NCBI GenBank assembly: GCA_965205015.1
Contig: OZ242029.1
Span: forward strand, 5,280,001-5,344,000
Origin: Candidatus Poribacteria bacterium
GTDB taxonomy: Bacteria > Poribacteria > WGA-4E > WGA-3G
Reading direction: 5' to 3'
DNA length: 64,000 nt
The notes below the pieces were generated by a model that saw nothing but the letters and a program-made list of their open reading frames with translations, searched no databases and was not told where the DNA came from. Position 1 is the first letter of the stretch. The number at the start of each line of letters is the position of its first letter. A program made the position numbers and the translations under genes. This document shows positions 57,320 to 64,000 of the stretch, piece by piece.

Positions 57320-58021
57320 CTAAGTTTGTACGTTCTCTCTAAAGTAGAGGCAGTGCTCCGTCAACGAACACCGGTCACATAACGGCTTTCGGGCATCACA
57401 AATTTTTCTGCCGAAATAGATCAGGTTTATATGGAACGGATACGCCTTATTCTCCGGCACAATCGGTGGTAACAGTTGATGTGCCTTCTCCGCGCTGCAA
57501 TTCGGTGGAATCAGACCGAGGCGTTTGGAGATTCGCAGGATGTGTGTGTCAACTGGGAAGACCTCCCGACCGCACGCGAAGGAGAGCGTAACGGAGGCGG
57601 TTTTGATACCGATACCTTTGTGTTGACACAGGAATTCTAAGGCTTCCTCCGTTTCCATATCGTGCATAAACTCCAATGAGAGTTCACAGTGTTCGGCTTT
57701 GAGCCAAGTGAGGAAGTTTTTGATAGTCCGGCTTTTCTGTTCTCCGAGTCCGACAATCCGTATCGCTGCCTCTATCGCTTTAACATCGGCGTGCAGCACA
57801 TCCTCCCATGTTGGAAAGCGATCTTTCAGCACGGCATACCCCTTATCGCGGCTAACGTCTGTCGTATTTTGCGATAGAATCGTTAGGATAAGACATTCTA
57901 ACACGTCTCCTGCGCCTTCACGGGTCGGTACGCCGAATAAATCTTCCAGGGCTTCTGATATAATTTCCGCTTTCTGCTGTAATTCCACTCGTTCTCTTCC
58001 AAGATATTCTGTTTTTAACAT
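57320..58021 (-). CDS. nth: Endonuclease III (HhH-GPD, 4Fe-4S)
   Basis: ILSQNTTD, KGIGIKTA, FPVDTHI.R...RLG, CDARKPLCDRCSLTEHC. Confidence 0.88.
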   Translation of the reverse strand: MLKTEYLGRERVELQQKAEIISEALEDLFGVPTREGAGDVLECLILTILSQNTTDVSRDKGYAVLKDRFPTWEDVLHADVKAIEAAIRIVGLGEQKSRTIKNFLTWLKAEHCELSLEFMHDMETEEALEFLCQHKGIGIKTASVTLSFACGREVFPVDTHILRISKRLGLIPPNCSAEKAHQLLPPIVPENKAYPFHINLIYFGRKICDARKPLCDRCSLTEHCLYFRENVQT

Positions 58022-58126
58022 TATACCACAAACAAAAAAAATAGCAACGCCATTTTACAAATGGCAGAGCGATCCAGTTCTCCGGTGGGAGGGAACTCCG
58101 ATTCCCGACAATATTGGCGATCGCCA

Positions 58127-60013
58127 CTAAAATAGAAAACGATACATCGGTGTATCGAGTGTAACAGCGAGGAGACTCCAAAACGCACCGATCACGAACT
58201 CACCGAGCACAATGCCGAGGAAAAACGGAACCGCTTTCCGATGCAAGTGGAGTCCACCGTATTTCAGCACAAGCCACTTCAGCAGCCATCCGACGAAGAT
58301 TGAACCTACCATCGGGTTAATCGCCCAACTGCCAGAGATAGCGTAACCGACTGGGTGTAAATTCCACCAGATGAATCGCATCCGCATCGCAGCGAGGAGT
58401 AACGTCAGGACGAATCCAAACGATGCGAAACCAATCGCAGGGATGTCTGGCGGCGCAGCGTAGGTGAGCCAAGTCTCTAACCGATTAAAAGATTCTCGTC
58501 CGAATCCTGAGAAACCGCCCTCCGAATAATACATGGAGAGATATGCCCAAAATGAACCGAGCGCGCCTAAGACAGACGCCAGCATCATGAGAAGTGAAAA
58601 CCGTCGTAGCGGAATGTTGGCACCCTCCGCCAATTTAAAGCCTTCAAGTTGATGCGGCATGGCGTGTGAACGGTGGGCGCGGTTCAAACAATAGAGATAG
58701 GCGAAACCGGTCAAATTCACGGCTCCCAATCGGCGAATACCTAACAAACGCGGCAACATTTCATCGGGTCCAATAAAATGCAAGTCGTGCACGGGTGAAC
58801 CGAGCTCCGCACGTAAACGGGTAATCGCCATTGCAATCGCGAACCAGATGGCGAAGTAGACGATGATAATCCAAAAGCTCATGCCCATCTTGAGGCAGAA
58901 TCCGATGATGAACGCCGAGGCACCGAGAAATCCGAGGACGATCAGGCGGTATGAAATAGGTTCGTCTGGCTTTGGGGACACGAGTTGCTGTAGAACCCCT
59001 TTCAAATAGCGTCGGCTCATCCAGATCGCCACGACACACAGTCCGAGATATGCCCCGTGGGATTGTTCAGCTTCGTAAGGGAAACGCGGCAATCCGCGCC
59101 ATCCGGCGATAACCCCTAACAACCGTTCCGCTCGCCAGATTAACCAGAATGCCCAACAGGAAAAGGAGAGATCCAGCGGTATAAAGAACGAAAGCCCTAC
59201 ACCGAATGGGAAGACACCGAGCGGACTCCAACCGATACCGCTCCACGGACGCTCTGTGAAGATCTTTCGCAGATCGTATAGTTTCCCGCCGAGACTCGGA
59301 ACCGCAGGAAATAGGAAGTTTAACCCATTGATGATGTCGATTGAGACACCGATCGAAAGTCCGAGCCACATCCACGGGGAACGGAAGAAATTACGGGTCC
59401 GCGTTGTCATCTCAAAAGGCAGTTGAATGATAGGGTAACTGAGCCGTTCCGATTCGACCCACTGCTTCCGAAAGATCAGACTCAGGCAGAGCATGACGAG
59501 GTGGATAGCGACCAAGAAAAGCGTCCACCACAAGATCGCCGGGAGCCATGCCGTCAGGTAACGCGATTCATAGATACTCGCGAACCCGTGGTAATATCCC
59601 TCAAGCACACGTTTATCGCTGACAGCTAACCAGTGTGGGACGTGCAGATGGAAGAGGTTTGCCCAGTCGTTCTCCGGTGTTGCGAACCAGTGGGCATGCC
59701 CGATAATCGGCATAAGGACGAGAAAACGATCTACACCTGCAAGTCCTGCCCCTACTGAAATGCAAGTGTAGATGACGAGCAATTCAGCGCGGTTCAGCGC
59801 AAGCGCGTGATGCAAACGGCGCAAAAGGAGTCCGATGCCCAGGAGGATTAAAATGGTGATAACGGCGTTGTAGAAAAGCGAGACCTGCGTCGGACTGCCA
59901 CCGCCCCGGATAATGGAGGCGGACACCCACCAACAGTTGGCAGGCACTAACACGCAGATAAGGAAAATAGTGAATGGCCGAATTCTGAGATCTTTGGTCG
60001 GAACGGTGTTCAC
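58127..60013 (-). CDS. DUF6785/DUF6784-type polytopic membrane protein
   Basis: ELLVIY, FATPENDW, RKQWVESERLSYPIIQLP, LHPVGY, KYGG, PFFLGIVLGE. Confidence 0.72.
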   Translation of the reverse strand: MNTVPTKDLRIRPFTIFLICVLVPANCWWVSASIIRGGGSPTQVSLFYNAVITILILLGIGLLLRRLHHALALNRAELLVIYTCISVGAGLAGVDRFLVLMPIIGHAHWFATPENDWANLFHLHVPHWLAVSDKRVLEGYYHGFASIYESRYLTAWLPAILWWTLFLVAIHLVMLCLSLIFRKQWVESERLSYPIIQLPFEMTTRTRNFFRSPWMWLGLSIGVSIDIINGLNFLFPAVPSLGGKLYDLRKIFTERPWSGIGWSPLGVFPFGVGLSFFIPLDLSFSCWAFWLIWRAERLLGVIAGWRGLPRFPYEAEQSHGAYLGLCVVAIWMSRRYLKGVLQQLVSPKPDEPISYRLIVLGFLGASAFIIGFCLKMGMSFWIIIVYFAIWFAIAMAITRLRAELGSPVHDLHFIGPDEMLPRLLGIRRLGAVNLTGFAYLYCLNRAHRSHAMPHQLEGFKLAEGANIPLRRFSLLMMLASVLGALGSFWAYLSMYYSEGGFSGFGRESFNRLETWLTYAAPPDIPAIGFASFGFVLTLLLAAMRMRFIWWNLHPVGYAISGSWAINPMVGSIFVGWLLKWLVLKYGGLHLHRKAVPFFLGIVLGEFVIGAFWSLLAVTLDTPMYRFLF

Positions 60014-60273
60014 CCTCTTTCAAGAAATAACTTTAATATTTTACATCATTTTTTGACTTCAGGCAACATTTTTTACAACTGGGGCTGGACAGCCTGCGAT
60101 CGTGCTTCAGAAACATACCGAATCTCTCGTCAATTTGATTGTTTACTGAAGCGGGGTGTGCTATAATCAAATAACAATCCCGCAAGGAAGCATTAAAAAA
60201 ATTAAACCCGTAGCCCGTAAGCGTAGCGGAGGAGTTTTTGCTTGGGCATTTTTTCAGATATACACAAAGGCAC

Positions 60274-61914
60274 ATGAAAGTTCTAATTTCCCTGACCGAC
60301 CCGCAAGGAAAAAATAAAAAAATCATTTTCATCAGCCTAATCATTCTTATTGGGGTTATCATTTTGCTATCCATTCTCTATCACCGGACCGCGCTGTGGG
60401 AACCGGAACAATATCTTATCGCGCTCCTTCCGAAATCCCCGATTTGCTATTTGACACTCAAGGAATTGAGAGGCTTGGTAGAGACCTTTAATCGCAGTGA
60501 GTTGGGGAAGCAGACTGCTAAGATGCCGATTCTCACTGAGATTCAAAAGCAGCGATGGTGGAAACAACTCGTCTATCAGAAGCAGCTCTGGGAATACGAG
60601 ATGGGCGGTAAACTCGACCTGAAGACGATCACCGGCTATTTTGGCGAGGAAGCCGTTCTCGCACTGTATCGACGTGAAGGAAAACTCTCGTTTCTACTTA
60701 TCACCGCACTGGGGGCACAGGAGAAACTGAGTATTGAAGCGATTACGGCAACGGATGCAATCAACCCAAGATACGAACGGATTCAAACCGATTACAACGG
60801 ATTCACGATCAACACGATCATAGGGTACCCACGCAATTTTAGTTATACCTTCATCGGAAAAATTGGCATCTTAACCCTCGATCCCGTGTTATTGGCTGAG
60901 ACGGTTGACCTCTATAGCGGACTTTCTGGGACAAAAAAGCAAGGATTTCTCGCTGAGCATCCCATGGCGGTGGATATACAGGAGGATTATCACCAGGACA
61001 AAAGCACTGGATATGTAGATGTGCAGCAGTTTATACCGCTGTTCGATACTATGCGTTCCGATGCGCTTGCTAAACAGATTTTGGGGGTGTTTGGGGATTC
61101 AGGCTCTTGGGCGTTTAGCAACCGATATGAAGAAGGTGTGATTGTGTCACGCCATCGGTTCCGAAGCAGTGTTGACCCCGGTCGTTCTGATCTTACAACT
61201 GCGAATGACGCGAAACCCTTCCTTGCTTTCCCCGAACGCACTGCCTTTGTCGCTACGCTTCCCATTCTGAAACAGATGCAAGGACTCTTTGGCGATATCG
61301 ATCTCTCTCAAGTTTTGGGCACGGACTTAACTGTTCTGTTAGTTGCTCCCGATCCGGGTGAAGTATCGGTTGTGCCTTCGTTGGTTTTGCTGGCGCAGGC
61401 GAAGGCGCCCGAGGTCCTAAACGAGGTTTTGCGAATCGTGAAGCACGGAAAGCCCACGATTGCGGGTAAACCCCTCGAATTCTTGGAACCGCAGGATTAC
61501 AAAGGGATAACGCTGCAACCCGTGCGACTTCGTCTCAATTTTCTGTTAGCGGTTACAGGTGGATATGCAATCGTTAACGACTCTTTCGTTTTGGGGACAA
61601 CACTGGCGGGTTTGAAGTCTGTGATTGATACGACCACAGGCAACGCCTCTGTCTTGCAGGATATAGCGTTCTCCGCAGATGCAAGTGGTGTTCAGGCGTT
61701 CATTCAGCCGGAGTTGTTTGTGCCGGAATTGAAACGTTTCCTTCCGATCATAACGGTGCTCCTTTCTCTTTCAGGACAGAAGTTGGACCCGACAGTGACG
61801 CAGCATATCACAGAAAACCTCTTTCCACTGGCGTCTCTCGGTCCGATTACTGCTGAAATGCGTATTGGCGAGCACGGCATGGATACGGAGGTTCGGATCG
61901 TTTTAGAGAAGTAA
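60274..61914 (+). CDS. Hypothetical membrane-anchored protein (DUF3352-like)
   Basis: N-terminal TM, ALLPKSP, duplicated alpha/beta unit; start uncertain. Confidence 0.6.
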   Translation: MKVLISLTDPQGKNKKIIFISLIILIGVIILLSILYHRTALWEPEQYLIALLPKSPICYLTLKELRGLVETFNRSELGKQTAKMPILTEIQKQRWWKQLVYQKQLWEYEMGGKLDLKTITGYFGEEAVLALYRREGKLSFLLITALGAQEKLSIEAITATDAINPRYERIQTDYNGFTINTIIGYPRNFSYTFIGKIGILTLDPVLLAETVDLYSGLSGTKKQGFLAEHPMAVDIQEDYHQDKSTGYVDVQQFIPLFDTMRSDALAKQILGVFGDSGSWAFSNRYEEGVIVSRHRFRSSVDPGRSDLTTANDAKPFLAFPERTAFVATLPILKQMQGLFGDIDLSQVLGTDLTVLLVAPDPGEVSVVPSLVLLAQAKAPEVLNEVLRIVKHGKPTIAGKPLEFLEPQDYKGITLQPVRLRLNFLLAVTGGYAIVNDSFVLGTTLAGLKSVIDTTTGNASVLQDIAFSADASGVQAFIQPELFVPELKRFLPIITVLLSLSGQKLDPTVTQHITENLFPLASLGPITAEMRIGEHGMDTEVRIVLEK

Positions 61915-61975
61915 TTCGCTGTAGCATAAACTGTGAGTTTGTGCCATTTCGGAAAAGATACAGGAGGTTTTTACA

Positions 61976-62323
61976 ATGGAAAAAGACACACTCGAAACCA
62001 TTGCCCAACGTTTAGATCGGTTGGAGAAAACCGTCGCAGAGATGAATCAGAAACTCTCTTCGCTTGTTGAAAAACCAGCGCCGGATGTTCCAATGGGTCC
62101 CGAGGCAAGAGCAAAGATGAGGGGAGCTGAGGCACTAAGAAATAATAAGCAAGATGCACATCTTGCCAAGGAAGCCTTAGACAGGATATTTGAAGAAATG
62201 GGGATTCCACCTGATTTCGATCCGGGTTCTATTGAAGACCTCCGCGAAAGTATGAGGCAAAACGGTATTCGTGCTGAGGATAACGAGTTTAGTCGTGCAA
62301 TTATCGAAGAACGGGAGAAGTAA
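61976..62323 (+). CDS. Small hypothetical protein with N-terminal coiled coil
   Basis: AGGAGG RBS; IAQRLDRLEKTVAEM; ends FSRAIIEEREK. Confidence 0.65.
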   Translation: MEKDTLETIAQRLDRLEKTVAEMNQKLSSLVEKPAPDVPMGPEARAKMRGAEALRNNKQDAHLAKEALDRIFEEMGIPPDFDPGSIEDLRESMRQNGIRAEDNEFSRAIIEEREK

Positions 62324-62378
62324 CCGTAACCCAGAAGTGGATTCACAACAGATACTCACAGATTGGATAAGTTAATAT

Positions 62379-63431
62379 ATGGAAACAAAGATTGGTATCG
62401 GCATCATCAGTTTCGCACATGGACACGCCAACGCATACTGCAGCCAGATGCAGACGTTTGACGATGTTGAACTCATCGCGTGCTGGGACGATAACGTTGA
62501 ACGCGGAGAAGCCGCGGCAACGCAATACGGCATGCGTTACTCGCCGCACCTTGAAGATATTACCAGTCATCCGGAGATTCACGCCGTTATCGTGACGTCT
62601 GAGACAAATCGACACGCCGAGATGGTGGTCGCAGCAGCATCGGAGGGGAAGGATATCCTCTGCCAAAAACCGATGGCGCTCACCTTGGAAGATTGTGATC
62701 GCATTGCCGAGGTCGTCGAGAAAACGGGTGTGAAATTTATGATGGGTCATCAGATGCGGCGCGATCCAGCAAACATTGCGATGAAAGAACTCATTGACAA
62801 CGGTGTTCTCGGTAAAATTGGGGTCCTACGCCGCCGACACTGCATTAACGCCCTGTTTAGCGAAGCCTTCGTAACCGGACCCAGCCGCTGGCACATCGAT
62901 CCAGAGAAGAACATGGGGATGTTCATGGACGATGCCTCTCACGCAACCGATTTTATCCACTGGATGCTCGGTAAACCGACAAGCGTTATCGCTGAAATTG
63001 ATAACATTTTGACGGATGTTGCGCCTGATGATACGGGGTTGGCTGTCTATCGGTTTGCGGGTGGAGAGATGGCGATTCTGCTGAATACATCCGTTACACT
63101 CGCCGGTGAAAATACAACCGAAATCTACGGCGATGAAGGCGTGGTCATTCAGAACTATGGCGATGCACCCTCATGCAATATCCCCCGTCCCGCAGATGCT
63201 GTCGCACTTAAGTTGTATACGCGTGATGAACCCTTATGGAAGGATCTGGGTATCCCAATCCCGGCGGGTCACGGCGAACGGATTGGTGGGGTGCCTCGAC
63301 CGTTTATTGACTGTCTGAAGAACGGGACGGAGTCCGATGTGACGGTGGAAGATGGACGCGTTGCAGTAGAGATGATTTTGGGGGCATACCGCTCGGCACA
63401 GGAGGGACGGCGCGTCACGTTTCCATTATAA
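62379..63431 (+). CDS. Gfo/Idh/MocA family oxidoreductase
   Basis: IGIISFAHGH, H.EMV.AAA..GK.ILCQKPMA, G.FMDDASHATD. Confidence 0.9.
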   Translation: METKIGIGIISFAHGHANAYCSQMQTFDDVELIACWDDNVERGEAAATQYGMRYSPHLEDITSHPEIHAVIVTSETNRHAEMVVAAASEGKDILCQKPMALTLEDCDRIAEVVEKTGVKFMMGHQMRRDPANIAMKELIDNGVLGKIGVLRRRHCINALFSEAFVTGPSRWHIDPEKNMGMFMDDASHATDFIHWMLGKPTSVIAEIDNILTDVAPDDTGLAVYRFAGGEMAILLNTSVTLAGENTTEIYGDEGVVIQNYGDAPSCNIPRPADAVALKLYTRDEPLWKDLGIPIPAGHGERIGGVPRPFIDCLKNGTESDVTVEDGRVAVEMILGAYRSAQEGRRVTFPL

Positions 63432-63458
63432 AAAATGGCATTGTATAATACCTGAACC

Positions 63459-64000
63459 TTATGGGCTGTTGCGCCGCATGATGCTCAAAATCTGACCCGT
63501 CATGCCGCTATCAGAGGGTTGCGCGGCGAGAAACAGTGCCGATGCCACAACCTGCTCCGGCTCTTTCCACGGATCGCTTTCTGCCCTGAAGGTCCCCGCA
63601 TTTTCCCATGAAGCTCTTGAAAGTTCGGTTTTCACAGGACCCGGAATAAGAACATTCGCGATGATGCCGTCCTGCCAAACCTCTTCAGCGATCGCTTGGG
63701 TCAACCCATGCAACGCCGCCTTTGAAGCGCAATAGACACTGAGGTTCGCATGTCCAACCTGTCCCATACCGGAACCGACATTGATGATATTTCCGCTGCC
63801 CTGCTGTTTCATGATCGGCAACGCTGCACGACAGCAACGCACAACACCCATCACATTAATCTGCCACCCCTGTTCCCATTCCGCGTCTGTGCTATCCAAA
63901 AACAGACCTCGCGGATTGATACCGGCATTGTTGACAAGGATATCTATCCCTCCGAACCGATCTACGGTTTGCTGAACGAGGTTTTCCACTTCCGTCTGGA
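63459..64000 (-). CDS. SDR family oxidoreductase (N-terminus beyond window end)
   Basis: GGIDILVNNAG, IINVGS, YCASK, PGPVKT. Confidence 0.9.
   Translation of the reverse strand, partial: QTEVENLVQQTVDRFGGIDILVNNAGINPRGLFLDSTDAEWEQGWQINVMGVVRCCRAALPIMKQQGSGNIINVGSGMGQVGHANLSVYCASKAALHGLTQAIAEEVWQDGIIANVLIPGPVKTELSRASWENAGTFRAESDPWKEPEQVVASALFLAAQPSDSGMTGQILSIMRRNSP

Noticed and set aside
467-63975. Numerous 60-200 aa antisense or overlapping ORFs in the six-frame track
   Set aside because: They overlap well-supported genes, lack RBS and motifs, and are expected shadow ORFs.
1-64000. tRNA, rRNA, integrase or prophage genes
   Set aside because: No cloverleaf, rRNA-like, tyrosine/serine integrase or phage structural signatures were recognised by eye.

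Overview
This is a bacterial chromosomal window. Gene content points to Candidatus Poribacteria or a close relative (inference): four PhyH-family dioxygenases, LamG proteins ending in TWGRLK, a WD40/FlgD-Ig secreted protein, a sulfatase, two DUF6785-type membrane proteins and abundant intergenic palindromes. Core or housekeeping genes include dnaK, mdh, fabV, clpX-like, msrB, sat, nth, hemQ/chdC-like, a MetE-like enzyme and a GldF/GldG/DUF4340 ABC module, plus two toxin-antitoxin pairs. Two accessory features stand out. (1) An AT-richer island at about 18.8-32.4 kb begins with an IS4 remnant. Between two ECF sigma factors it holds two paralogous secreted peptides ending in a Ser/Asn-rich, N-x-S-sequon-bearing CxCGC...CxC tail, an STT3/AglB-type oligosaccharyltransferase with a variant HWSYG motif, a CDP-alcohol phosphotransferase, a His/Met-rich beta-barrel and a GspC-like protein; a trypsin-TPR protease follows the second sigma factor. 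This is a candidate undescribed glycopeptide (or metal-binding peptide) system. (2) A non-autonomous IS200/IS605-type OMEGA element at 49342-50669 encodes IsrB with its omegaRNA. Removing the element in silico restores a 37-aa ORF, and its omegaRNA is interrupted by a 117-bp MITE. The same MITE family also forms the dnaK leader behind a sigma54 promoter and sits in front of the second peptide gene. No rRNA, tRNA or CRISPR array was seen. All calls come from reading motifs by eye; no database searches were run.
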